The notes under the pieces: generated by a model
What the model was told of the DNA's origin: nothing
The model's database searches: none
The model's input: the letters and a program-made list of their open reading frames with translations, nothing else
DNA from: Eledone cirrhosa
Lineage: Eukaryota
Direction: 5' to 3'
Assembly: GCA_964016885.1 (NCBI GenBank)
Contig: OZ024743.1
Span: 137,826,001-137,890,000 of the forward strand
DNA: 64,000 nt
Shown: positions 1 to 15,000 of the stretch, piece by piece
Layout of the letters: every line of letters begins with the position of its first letter
Position numbering within the stretch: position 1 is the stretch's first letter
Translations under genes and position numbers: made by a program

Positions 1-3000
1 CAAACACCAAGCACCAATCACCAAACACCAAGCACCAAGCGCCAAGCACCAGACACCAAGCACCAAGCACCGAACACCAAACACCAAGCACCAAGCACTA
101 AACACCAAACACCAAGCACCAAGCACCAAGCACCAAGCACCAAGCACCAAACACCAAGCACCAAGCACCAAGCACCAAGCACCAAGCACCAAACACCAAG
201 CACCAAGCACCAAACAGCAAACACCAAGCACCAAACACCAAACACCAAGCACCAAGCACCAAACACCAAACACCAAACACCAAGCACCAAGCCCCAAGCA
301 CCAAACACCAAGCACCAAGCACCAAACACCAAGCACGAGGCACCAAGCACCATGCACCAAACACCAAGCACCAAGCACCAAACAGCAAACACCAAACAGC
401 AAACACCAAACACCAAACACCAACCAGCAAACACCAAACACCAAACACCAAACAGCAAACACCAAACAGCAAACACCAAACAGCAAACACCAAACACCAA
501 ACACCAAACAGCAAACGCCAAAAAGCAAACGCCAAACCCCATACGCGAAACAGCAAATGCCAAACCCCAAACGCCAAACAGCAAACGCCAAGCACCGAAC
601 ACCAAACACCAAGCGCCAAGCACCAAACACCAAACACCAAGCACCAAGCACCAAACACCAAACACCAAGCACCAATCACCAAACACCAAGCACCAAGCGC
701 CAAGCACCAAACACCAAACACCAAACACCAAGCACCAAGCACCAAACACCAAGTACCAAACACCAATCACCAAGCCCCAAGCACCAAACACCAAGCACCA
801 AGCACCAAATACCAAACACCAAGCACCAAGCACCCAGAACCAAGCACCAAGCACGAAACACCAAGCACCAAGCACCGAGCACCAAACACCAAGAACCAAG
901 CACCAAGCACTAAACACCAAACACCAAGCACCAAGCACCAAACACCAAACACCAAGCACCAAGCACCAAACACCAAACACCAAGCACCAATCACCAAACA
1001 CCAAACACCAAGCGCCAAACACCAAACACCAAACACCTATCACCAAGCACCAAGCACCAAACACCAAGCACCAAACACCAAGCACCAAGCACCAAGCACC
1101 AAGCACCAAACACCAATCACCAAGCCCCAAGCACCAAACACCAAGCACCCAGCACCAAACACCAAACACCAAGCACCAAGCACCCAGAACAAAGCACCAA
1201 GCACCAAACACCAAACACCAAGCTCCAAGCACCAAACACCAAACACCAAGCACCAAGCACCAAGCACCAAGCACCAAACACCAAGCACCAAGCACCAAGC
1301 ACCAAGCACCAAGCACCAAACACCAAGCACCAAGCACCAAACAGCAAACACCAAGCACCAAACACCAAACACCAAGCACCAATCACCAAACACCAAACAC
1401 CAAGCGCCAAACACCAAACACCAAACACCTATCACCAAGCACCAAGCACCAAACACCAAGCACCAAACACCAAGCACCAAGCACCAAGCACCAAGCACCA
1501 AACACCAATCACCAAGCCCCAAGCACCAAACACCAAGCACCCAGCACCAAACACCAAACACCAAGCACCAAGCACCCAGAACAAAGCACCAAGCACCAAA
1601 CACCAAACACCAAGCTCCAAGCACCAAACACCAAACACCAAGCACCAAGCACCAAGCACCAAACAGCAAACACCAAACACCAATCACCAAACACCAAGCA
1701 CCAAGCGCCAAACACCAAACACCAAACACCTAGCACCAAGCACCAAGCACCGAACACCAAGCACCAAGCACCAAGCACCAAGCACCAAGCACCAAACACC
1801 AATCACCAAGCCCCAAGCACCAAACACCAAGCACCAAGCACCAAACACCAAACACCAAGCACCAAGCACCAAACACCAAACACCAAGCACCAAGCACCAA
1901 GCACCAAGCACCAAACACCATACACCAAACAGCAAACGCCAAAAAGCAAACGCCAAACCCCATACGCCAAACAGCAAATGCCAAACCCCAAACGCCAAAC
2001 AGCAAACGCCAAGCACCAAACACCAAACACCAAGCGCCAAGCACCAAACACCAAACACCAAGCACCAAGCACCAAACACCAAACACCAAGCACCAATCAC
2101 CAAACACCAAGCACCAAGCGCCAAGCACCAGACACCAAGCACCAAGCACCAAACACCAAACACCAAGCACCAAGCACTAAACACCAAACACCAAGCACCA
2201 AGCACCAAGCACCAAGCACCAAGCACCAAACACCAAGCACCAAGCACCAAGCACCAAGCACCAAGCACCAAACACCAAGCACCAAGCACCAAACAGCAAA
2301 CACCAAGCACCAAACACCAAACACCAAGCACCAAGCACCAAACACCAAACACCAAACACCAAGCACCAAGCCCCAAGCACCAAACACCAAGCACCAAGCA
2401 CCAAACACCAAGCACGAAGCACCAAGCACCATGCACCAAACACCAAGCACCAAGCACCAAACAGCAAACACCAAACAGCAAACACCAAACACCAAACACC
2501 AACCAGCAAACACCAAACACCAAACACCAAACAGCAAACACCAAACAGCAAACACCAAACAGCAAACACCAAACACCAAACACCAAACAGCAAACGCCAA
2601 AAAGCAAACGCCAAACCCCATACGCCAAACAGCAAATGCCAAACCCCAAACGCCAAACAGCAAACGCCAAGCACCGAACACCAAACACCAAGCGCCAAGC
2701 ACCAAACACCAAACACCAAGCACCAAGCACCAAACACCAAACACCAAGCACCAATCACCAAACACCAAGCACCAAGCGCCAAGCACCAAACACCAAACAC
2801 CAAACACCAAGCACCAAGCACCAAACACCAAGTACCAAACACCAATCACCAAGCCCCAAGCACCAAACACCAAGCACCAAGCACCAAACACCAAACACCA
2901 AGCACCAAGCACCCAGAACCAAGCACCAAGCACCAAACACCAAGCACCAAGCACCGAGCACCAAACACCAAGAACCAAGCACCAAGCACTAAACACCAAA

Positions 3001-3040
3001 CACCAAGCACCAAGCACCAAACACCAAACACCAAGCACCA
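1..3040. repeat. 2079-bp offset duplication (1-~960 matches 2080-~3040)
   Basis: Paired ORFs 98..766/2177..2845, 557..913/2636..2992 and 676..906/2755..2985 are all offset by 2079 (297x7). CACCATG marker ATG at 352 and 2431. Confidence 0.9.
990..1680. repeat. 392-bp local direct duplication
   Basis: Marker order CACCTAT...CACCCAG...AACAAAG...CTCCAAG recurs. ORF ends 1040/1432 and 1117/1509 differ by 392 (56x7). Confidence 0.8.
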
Positions 3041-6000
3041 AACACCAAACAGCAAACGCCAAAAAGCAAACGCCAAACCCCATATGCCAAACAGCAAATG
3101 CCAAACTCCAAACGCCAAACAGCAAACGCCAGGCACCAAACACCAAACACCAAGCGTCAAGCACCAAACACCAAACACCAAGCACCAAGCACCAAACACC
3201 AAACACCAAGCACCAATCACCAAACACCAAGCACCAAGCGCCAAGCACCAAACACCAAACACCTAGCACCAAGCACCAAGCACCAAACACCAAGCACCAA
3301 ACACCAATCACTAAGCCCCAAGCACCAAACACCAAGCACCAAGCACCAAACACCAAACACCAAGCACCAAGCACCAAGGACCAAGCACCAAACACCAAGC
3401 ACCAAGCACCGAGCACCAAACACCAAGAACCAAGCACCAAGCACTAAACACCAAACACCAAGCACCAAGCACCAAACACCAAACACCAAGCACCAAGTAC
3501 AAAACTCCAAACACCAAACACCAAGCACCAAGCACCAAATCCCAAGCACCAAACACCAAGCACCAATCACCAAACACCAAACACCAAGCACCAAGCACCA
3601 AACTCCAAAAACCAAGCACCAAGCACCAAGCACCAAACACCAAACGCCAAACACCAAACACCAAGTACCAAGCACCAAACACCAAGCACCAAGTGCCAAA
3701 GACCAAACACCAAGCACCAAGCACGAAACACCAAGCACCAAGCACCGAGCACCAAACACCAAGTACCAAGCACCAATCACCAAACACCAAGCACCAAGCA
3801 CCAAACACCAAACACCAAGCACCAAGCACCAAGCATCAAGCACCAAGCACCAAACACCAACCACCAAGCACCAAACACCAAACACAAAACAACAAGTACC
3901 AAGCACCAAACACCAAACACCAAACACCAAACACTAAACACCAAGCACCAAGCTCCAAGCACCAAACAGCAAACACCAAGCACCAAACACCAAACACCAA
4001 GCACCAAGCAACAAACACCAAACACCAAGCACCAAACACCAAGCACCAAGCCCCAAGCACGAAACACCAAGCACCAAGCACGAAACACCAAGCACCAAGC
4101 ACCAAGCACCATGCACCAAACACCAAGCACCAAGCACCAAACAGCAAACACCAAACAGCAAACACCAAACAGCAAACACCAAACAGCAAACACCAAACAG
4201 CAAACACCAAACAGCAAACGCCAAAAAGCAAACGCCAAACTCCAAACGCCAAACAGCAAATGCCTAACCCAAACGCCAAACAGCAAACGCCAAGCACAAA
4301 ACACCAAACACCAAGCGCCAAGCACCAAACACCAAACACCAAGCACCAAGCACCAAACACCAAACACCAAGCACCAAGTACCAAACACCAAACACCAAGC
4401 ACCAAACACCAAACAGCAAACGCAAAAAAGCAAACGCCAAACCCCATACGCCAAACAGCAAATGCCAAACCCCAAATGCCAAACGGCAAACGCCAAGCAC
4501 CAAACACCAAACACCAAGCGCCAAGCACCAAACACCAAACACCAAGCACCAAGCACCAAACACCAAATACCAAGCACCAATCACCAAACACCAAACACCA
4601 AGCGCCAAACACCAAACACCAAACACCTATCACCAAGCACCAAGCACCAAACACCAAGCACCAAACACCAAGCACCAAGCACCAAGCACCAAGCACCAAA
4701 CACCAAACACCAAGCACCAAGCACCCAGAACAAAGCACCAAGCACCAAACACCAAACACCAAGCTCCAAGCACCAAACACCAAACACCAAGCACCAAGCA
4801 CCAAGCACCAAACACCAAACACCAAGCACCAATCACCAAACACCAAGCACCAAGCGCCAAACACCAAACACCAAACACCTAGCACCAAGCACCAAGCACC
4901 GAACAGCAAGCACCAAGCACCAAGCACCAAGCACCAAGCACCAAACACCAATCACCAAGCCCCAAGCACCAAACACCAAGCACCAAGCACCAAGCACCAA
5001 ACACCAAACACCAAGCACCAAGCACCAAACACCAAACACCAAGCACCAAGCACCAAGCACCAAGCACCAAACACCATACACCAAACAGCAAACGCCAAAA
5101 AGCAAACGCCAACCCCATACGCCAAACAGCAAATGCCAAACCCCAAACGCCAAACAGCAAACGCCAAGCACCAAACACCAAACACCAAGCGCCAAGCACC
5201 AAGCACCAAACACCAAGCACCAAGCACCAAACACCAAACACCAAGCACCAATCACCAAACACCAAGCACCAAGCGCCATGCACCAGACACCAAGCACCAA
5301 GCACCAAACACCAAACACCAAGCACCAAGCACTAAACACCAAACACCAAGCACCAAGCACCAAGCACCAAGCACCAAGCACCAAACACCAAGCACCAAGC
5401 ACCAAGCACCAAGCACCAAACACCAAGCACCAAGCACCAAACAGCAAACACCAAGCACCAAACACCAAACACCAAGCACCAAGCACCAAACACCAAACAC
5501 CAAACACCAAGCACCAAGCCCCAAGCACCAAACACCAAGCACCAAGCACCAAACACCAAGCACGAAGCACCAAGCACCATGCACCAAACACCAAGCACCA
5601 AGCACCAAACAGCAAACACCAAACAGCAAACACCCAACACCAAACACCAACCAGCAAACACCAAACACCAAACACCAAACAGCAAACACCAAACAGCAAA
5701 CACCAAACAGCAAACACCAAACACCAAACACCAAACAGCAAATGCCAAAAAGCAAACGCCAAACCCCAAACGCCAAACAGCAAATGCCAAACCCCAAACG
5801 CCAAACAGCAAACGCCAAGCGCCAAACGCCAAACACCAAGTGCCAAGCACCAAACACCAACCACCAAGCACCAAGCACCAAGCACCAAACACCAAACAGC
5901 AAACGCCAAAAAGCAAACGCCAAACCCCATATGCCAAACAGCAAATGCCAAACCCCAAACGCCAAACAGCAAACGCCAAGCACCAAACACCAAACACCAA

Positions 6001-9000
6001 GCGCCAAGCACCAAACACCAAACACCAAGCACCAAGCACCAAACACCAAACACCAAGCACCAATCACCAAACACCAAGCACCAAGCGCCAAGCACCAAAC
6101 ACCAAACACCTAGCACCAAGCACCAAGCACCAAACACCAAGTACCAAACACCAATCACCAAGCCCCAAGCACCAAACACCAAGCGCCAAGCACCAAACAC
6201 CAAACACCAAGCACCAAGCACCCAGAACCAAGCACCAAGCACCAAACACCAAGCAACAAGCACCGAGCACCAAACACCAAGAACCAAGCACCAAGCTCTA
6301 AACACCAAACACCAAGCACCAAGCACCAAACACCAAACACCAAACACCAAACACCAAACAGCAAATGCCAAAAAGCAAACGCCAAACCCCAAACGCCAAA
6401 CAGTAAATGCCAAACCCCAAACGCCAAACAGCAAACGCCAAGCGCCAAACGCCAAACACCAAGCGCCAAGCACCAAACACCAAACACCAAGCACCAAGCA
6501 CCAAACACCAAACACCAAGCACCAAGTACCAAACACCAAACACCAAGCACCAAACACCAAACAGCAAACGCCAAAAAGCAAACGCCAAACCCCATACGCC
6601 AAACATCAAATGCCAAACCCCAAACGCCAAACAGCAAACACCAAGCACCGAACACCAAACACCAAGAACCAAGCACCAAGCACTAAACACCAAACACCAA
6701 GCACCAAGCACCAAACACCAAACACCAAGCACCAAGCACCGAGCACCAAACACCAAGAACCAAGCACCAAGCACTAAACACCAAACACCAAGCACCAAGC
6801 ACCAAACACCAAACACCAAGCACCAAACACCAAACAGCAAACGCCTAAAAGCAAACGCCAAACCCCATACGCCAAACAGCAAATGCCAAACTCCAAACGC
6901 CAAACAGCAAACGCCAGACACCAAACACCAAACACCAAGCGCCAAGCACCAAACACCAAACACCAAGCACCAAGCACCAAACACCAAACACCAAGCACCA
7001 ATCACCAAACACCAAGCACCAAGCGCCAAGCACCAAACACCAAACACCTAGCACCAAGCACCAAGCACCAAACACCAAGCACCAAGCACCAAACACCAAA
7101 CACCAAGCACCAAGCACCAAGGACCAAGCACCAAACACCAAGCACCAAGCACCGAGCACCAAACACCAAGAACCAAGCACCAAGCACTAAACACCAAACA
7201 CCAAGCACCAAGCACCAAACACCAAACACCAAGCACCAAGTACAAAACTCCAAACACCAAACACCAAGCACCAAGCACCAAATCCCAAGCACCAAACACC
7301 AAGCACCAATCACCAAACACCAAACACCAAGCACCAAGCACCAAACTCCAAAAACCAAGCACCAAACACCAAGCACCAAACACCAAGCACCAAGCGCCAA
7401 AGACCAAACACCAAGCACCAAGCACGAAACACCAAGCACCAAGCACCGAGCACCAAACACCAAGTACCAAGCACCAATCACCAAACACCAAGCACCAAGC
7501 ACCAAACACCAAACACCAAACACCAAGCACCAAGCATCAAGCACCAAGCACCAAACACCAACCACCAAGCACCAAACACCAAACACAAAACAACAAGTAC
7601 CAAGCACCAAACACCAAACACCAAACACCAAACACCAAGCACCAACCACCAAGCACCAAACACCAAGCACCAAGCACCAAGCACCAAAAACCAAGCACCA
7701 ACCTCCAAGCACCAAACACCAAGCACCAAACACCAAACACCAAGCACCAAGCACCAAACACCAAGCACCAAGCGCCAAACACCAATCACCAAGCACCAAG
7801 CACCAAACACCAAGCACCAACCACCAAGCACCAAACACCAAATACCAAACACCAAACACCAAACACCAAGCACCAAGCACAAGACACCAAGCACCAAGCA
7901 CCAAGCACCAAGCACCAAAAACCAAGCACCAAGCTCCAAGCACCAAACACCAAGCACCAAACACCAAACACCAAGCACCAAGCACCAAACACCAAGCACC
8001 AAGCGCCAAACACCAAACACCAAGCACCAATCACCAAACACCAAGCACCAACCACCAAGCACCAAACACCAAGCACCAAGCACCAAGCACCAAGCACCAA
8101 ACACCAAGCACCAAGCACCAAACAGCAAACACCAGGCACCAAACACCAAACACCAAGCACCAAGCAACAAACACCAAACACCAAGCACCAAACACCAAGC
8201 ACCAAGCCCCAAGCACGAAACACCAAGCACCAAGCACGAAACACCAAGCACCAAGCACCAAGCACCATGCACCAAACACCAAGCACCAAGCACCAAACAG
8301 CAAACACCAAACAGCAAACACCAAACAGCAAACACCAAACAGCAAACACCAAACAGCAAACACCAAACAGCAAACGCCAAAAAGCAAACGCCAAACTCCA
8401 AACGCCAAACAGCAAATGCCAAACCCAAACGCCAAACAGCAAACGCCAAGCACAAAACACCAAACACCAAGCGCCAAGCACCAAACACCAAACACCAAGC
8501 ACCAAGCACCAAACACCAAACACCAAGCACCAAGTACCAAACACCAAACACCAAGCACCAAACACCAAACAGCAAACGCAAAAAAGCAAACGCCAAACCC
8601 CATACGCCAAACAGCAAATGCCAAACCCCAAATGCCAAACGGCAAACGCCAAGCACCAAACACCAAACACCAAGCGCCAAGCACCAAACACCAAACACCA
8701 AGCACCAAGCACCAAACACCAAACACCAAGCACCAATCACCAAACACCAAGCACCAAGCACCAAACACCAAACACCAAACACCAAGCACCAAGCACCAAG
8801 CACCAAGCACCAAACACCAATCACCAAGCCCCAAGCACCAAACACCAAGCACCCAGCACCAAACACCAAACACCAAGCACCAAGCACCCAGAACAAAGCA
8901 CCAAGCACCAAACACCAAACACCAAGCTCCAAGCACCAAACACCAAACACCAAGCACCAAGCACCAAGCACCAAACACCAAACACCAAGCACCAATCACC

Positions 9001-12000
9001 AAGCACCAAACACCAAGCACCAAACACCAAACACCAAACACCAAGCACCAAGCACCAAACACCAAACACCAAGCACCAAGCACCAAGCACCAAGCACCAA
9101 ACACCATACACCAAACAGCAAACGCCAAAAAGCAAACGCCAAACCCCATACGCCAAACAGCAAATGCCAAACCCCAAACGCCAAACAGCAAACGCCAAGC
9201 ACCAAACACCAAACACCAAGCGCCAAGCACCAAACACCAAACACCAAGCACCAAGCACCAAACACCAAACACCAAGCACCAATCACCAAACACCAAGCAC
9301 CAAGCGCCAAGCACCAGACACCAAGCACCAAGCACCAAACACCAAACACCAAGCACCAAGCACTAAACACCAAACACCAAGCACCAAGCACCAAGCACCA
9401 AGCACCAAGCACCAAACACCAAGCACCAAGCACCAAGCACCAAGCACCAAGCACCAAACACCAAGCACCAAGCACCAAACAGCAAACACCAAGCACCAAA
9501 CACCAAACACCAAGCACCAAGCACCAAACACCAAACACCAAACACCAAGCACCAAGCCCCAAGCACCAAACACCAAGCACCAAGCACCAAACACCAAGCA
9601 CGAAGCACCAAGCACCATGCACCAAACACCAAGCACCAAGCACCAAACAGCAAACACCAAACAGCAAACACCAAACACCAAACACCAACCAGCAAACACC
9701 AAACACCAAACACCAAACAGCAAACACCAAACAGCAAACACCAAACACCAAACACCAAACAGCAAACGCCAAAAAGCAAACGCCAAACCCCATACGCCAA
9801 ACAGCAAATGCCAAACCCCAAACGCCAAACAGCAAACGCCAAGCACCGAACACCAAACACCAAGCGCCAAGCACCAAACACCAAACACCAAGCACCAAGC
9901 ACCAAACACCAAACACCAAGCACCAATCACCAAACACCAAGCACCAAGCGCCAAGCACCAAACACCAAACACCTAGCACCAAGCACCAAGCACCAAACAC
10001 CAAGTACCAAACACCAATCACCAAGCCCCAAGCACCAAACACCAAGCACCAAGCACCAAACACCAAACACCAAGCACCAAGCACCCAGAACCAAGCACCA
10101 AGCACCAAACACCAAGCACCAAGCACCGAGCACCAAACACCAAGAACCAAGCACCAAGCACTAAACACCAAACACCAAGCACCAAGCACCAAACACCATA
10201 CACCAAGCACCAAACACCAATCACCAAGCACCCAGAACCAAACACCAAGCACCAAACACCAAGCACCAAACACCGAGCACCAAACACCAAGAACCAAGCA
10301 CCAAGCTCTAAACACCAAACACCAAGCACCAAGCACCAAACACCAAACACCAAGCACCAAGTACAAAACTCCAAACACCAAACACCAAGCACCAAGCACC
10401 AAATCCCAAGCACCAAACACCAAGCACCAATCACCAAACACCAAACACCAAGCACCAAGCACCAAACTCCAAAAACCAAGCACCAAGCACCAAGCACCAA
10501 ACACCAAACGCCAAACACCAAACACCAAGTACCAAGCACCAAACACCAAGCACCAAGCGTCAAAGACCAAACACCAAGCACCAAGCACGAAACACCAAGC
10601 ACCAAGCACCGAGCACCAAACACCAAGTACCAAGCACCAATCACCAAACACCAAGCACCAAGCACCAAACACCAAACACCAAGCACCAAGCACCAAGCAT
10701 CAAGCACCAAGCACCAAACACCAACCACCAAGCACCAAACACCAAACACAAAACAACAAGTACCAAGCACCAAACACCAAACACCAAACACCAAACACCA
10801 AGCACAAGACATCAAGCACCAAGCACCAAGCACCAAGCACCAAAAACCAAGCACCAAGCTCCAAGCACCAAACACCAAGCACCAAACACCAAACACCAAG
10901 CACCAAGCACCAAACACCAAGCACCAAGCACCAAGCACCAAGCACCAAACACCAAGCACCAACCACCAAACAGCAAACACCAAGCACCAAACACCAAACA
11001 CCAAGCACCAAGCACCAAACACCAAACACCAAACACCAAGCACCAAGCCCCAAGCACCAAACACCAAGCACCAAGCACCAAACACCAAGCACGAAGCACC
11101 AAGCACCATGCACCAAACACCAAGCACCAAGCACCAAACAGCAAACACCAAACAGCAAACACCAAACACCAAACACCAACCAGCAAACACCAAACACCAA
11201 ACACCAAACAGCAAACACCAAACAGCAAACGCCAAAAAGCAAACGCCAAACCCCATACGCCAAACAGCAAATGCCAAACCCCAAACGCCAAACAGCAAAC
11301 GCCAAGCACCGAACACCAAACACCAAGCGCCAAGCACCAAACACCAAACACCAAGCACCAATCACCAAACACCAAGCACCAAGCGCCAAGCACCAAACAC
11401 CAAACACCTAGCTCCAAGCACCAAGCACCAAACACCAAGTATCAAACACCAATCACCAAGCCCCAAGCACCAAACACCAAGCACCAAGCACCAAACACCA
11501 AACACCAAGCACCAAGCACCCAGAACCAAGCACCAAGCACCAAACACCAAGCACCAAGGACCGAGCACCAAACACCAAGAACCAAGCACCAAGCACTAAA
11601 CACCAAACACCAAGCACCAAGCACCAAACACCATACACCAAGCACCAAACACCAAACAGCAAACCCCAAAAAGCAAACGCCAAACCCCATATGCCAAACA
11701 GCAAATGCCAAACTCCAAACGCCAAACAGCAAACGCCAGGCACCAAACACCAAACACCAAGCGCCAAGCACCAAACACCAAACACCAAGCACCAAGCACC
11801 AAACACCAAACACCAAGCACCAATCACCAAACACCAAGCACCAAGCGCCAAGCACCAAACACCAAACACCTAGCACCAAGCACCAAGCACCAAGCACCAA
11901 ACACCAAGCACCAAACACCAATCACCAAGCCCCAAGCACCAAACACCAAGCACCAAGCACCAAACACCAAACACCAAGCACCAAGCACCAAGGACCAAGC

Positions 12001-15000
12001 ACCAAACACCAAGCACCAAGCACCGAGCACCAAACACCAAGAACCAAGCACCAAGCACTAAACACCAAACACCAAGCACCAAGCACCAAACACCAAACAC
12101 CAAGCACCAAGTACAAAACTCCAAACACCAAACACCAAGCACCAAGCACCAAACACCAAACGCCAAACACCAAACACCAAGTACCAAGCACCAAACACCA
12201 AGCACCAAGCGCCAAAGACCAAACACCAAGCACCAAGCACGAAACACCAAGCACCAAGCACCGAGCACCAAACACCAAGTACCAAGCACCAATCACCAAA
12301 CACCAAGCACCAAGCACCAAACACCAAACACCAAGCACCAAGCACCAAGCATCAAGCACCAAGCACCAAACACCAACCACCAAGCACCAAACACCAAACA
12401 CAAAACAACAAGTACCAAGCACCAAACACCAAACACCAAACACCAAACACCAAGCACCAAGCACAAGACACCAAGCACCAAGCACCAAGCACCAAGCACC
12501 AAAAACCAAGCACCAAGCTCCAAGCACCAAACACCAAGCACCAAACACCAAACACCAAGCACCAAACACCAAACACCAAGCACCAAGCGCCAAACACCAA
12601 ACACCAAGCACCAAGCACCAAACACCAAGCACCAACCACCAAGCACCAAACACCAAGCACCAAGCACCAAGCACCAAGCACCAAGCACCAAACACCAAGC
12701 ACCAAGCACCAAACAGCAAACACCAAGCACCAAACACCAAACACCAAGCACCAAGCAACAAACACCAAACACCAAGCACCAAACACCAAGCACCAAGCCC
12801 CAAGCACGAAACACCAAGCACCAAGCACGAAACACCAAGCACCAAGCACCAAGCACCATGCACCAAACACCAAGCACCAAGCACCAAACAGCAAACACCA
12901 AACAGCAAACACCAAACAGCAAACACCAAACAGCAAACACCAAACAGCAAACACCAAACAGCAAACGCCAAAAAGCAAACGCCAAACTCCAAACGCCAAA
13001 CAGCAAATGCCAAACCCAAACGCCAAACAGCAAACGCCAAGCACAAAACACCAAACACCAAGCGCCAAGCACCAAACACCAAACACCAAGCACCAAGCAC
13101 CAAACACCAAACACCAAGCACCAAGTACCAAACACCAAACACCAAGCACCAAGCACCAAACAGCAAATGCCAAACCCCAAATGCCAAACGGCAAACGCCA
13201 AGCACCAAACACCAAACACCAAGCGCCAAGCACCAAACACCAAACACCAAGCACCAAGCACCAAACACCAAACACCAAGCACCAATCACCAAACACCAAA
13301 CACCAAGCGCCAAACACCAAACACCAAACACCTATCACCAAGCACCAAGCACCAAACACCAAGCACCAAACACCAAGCACCAAGCACCAAGCACCAAGCA
13401 CCAAACACCAATCACCAAGCCCCAAGCACCAAACACCAAGCACCCAGCACCAAACACCAAACACCAAGCACCAAGCACCCAGAACAAAGCACCAAGCACC
13501 AAACACCAAACACCAAGCTCCAAGCACCAAACACCAAACACCAAGCACCAAGCACCAAGCACCAAACACCAAACACCAAGCACCAATCACCAAACACCAA
13601 GCACCAAGCGCCAAACACCAAACACCAAACACCTAGCACCAAGCACCAAGCACCGAACACCAAGCACCAAGCACCAAGCACCAAGCACCAAGCACCAAAC
13701 ACCAATCACCAAGCCCCAAGCACCAAACACCAAGCACCAAGCACCAAGCACCAAACACCAAACACCAAGCACCAAGCACCAAACACCAAACACCAAGCAC
13801 CAAGCACCAAGCACCAAGCACCAAACACCATACACCAAACAGCAAACGCCAAAAAGCAAACGCCAAACCCCATACGCCAAACAGCAAATGCCAAACCCCA
13901 AACGCCAAACAGCAAACGCCAAGCACCAAACACCAAACACCAAGCGCCAAGCACCAAACACCAAACACCAAGCACCAAGCACCAAACACCAAACACCAAG
14001 CACCAATCACCAAACACCAAGCACCAAGCGCCAAGCACCAGACACCAAGCACCAAGCACCAAACACCAAACACCAAGCACCAAGCACTAAACACCAAACA
14101 CCAAGCACCAAGCACCAAGCACCAAGCACCAAGCACCAAACACCAAGCACCAAGCACCAAGCACCAAGCACCAAGCACCAAACACCAAGCACCAAGCACC
14201 AAACAGCAAACACCAAGCACCAAACACCAAACACCAAGCACCAAGCACCAAACACCAAACACCAAACACCAAGCACCAAGCCCCAAGCACCAAATACCAA
14301 GCACCAAGCACCAAACACCAAGCACGAAGCACCAAGCACCATGCACCAAACACCAAGCACCAAGCACCAAACAGCAAACACCAAACAGCAAACACCAAAC
14401 ACCAAACACCAACCAGCAAACACCAAACACCAAACACCAAACAGCAAACACCAAACACCAAACACCAAACAGCAAACACCAAACACCAAACACCAAACAG
14501 CAAATGCCAAAAAGCAAACGCCAAACCCCAAACGCCAAACAGCAAATGCCAAACCCCAAACGCCAAACAGCAAACGCCAAGCACCAAACACCAAACACCA
14601 AGCACAAAGCACCAAGCACCAAACACCAAACAGCAAACGCCAAAAAGCAAACGCCAAACCCCATACGCCAAACAGCAAATGCCAAACCCCAAACGCCAAA
14701 CAGCAAACGCCAAGCACCAAACACCAAACACCAAGCGCCAAGCACCAAACACCAAGCACCAAGCACCAAGCACCAAACACCAAACACCAAGCACCAATCA
14801 CCAAACACCAAGCACCAAGCGCCAAGCACCAAACACCAAACACCTAGCACCAAGCACCAAGCACCAAACACCAAGTACCAAACACCAATCACCAAGCCCC
14901 AAGCACCAAACACCAAGCGCCAAGCACCAAACACCAAACACCAAGCACCAAGCACCCAGAACCAAGCACCAAGCACCAAACACCAAGCACCAAGCACCGA

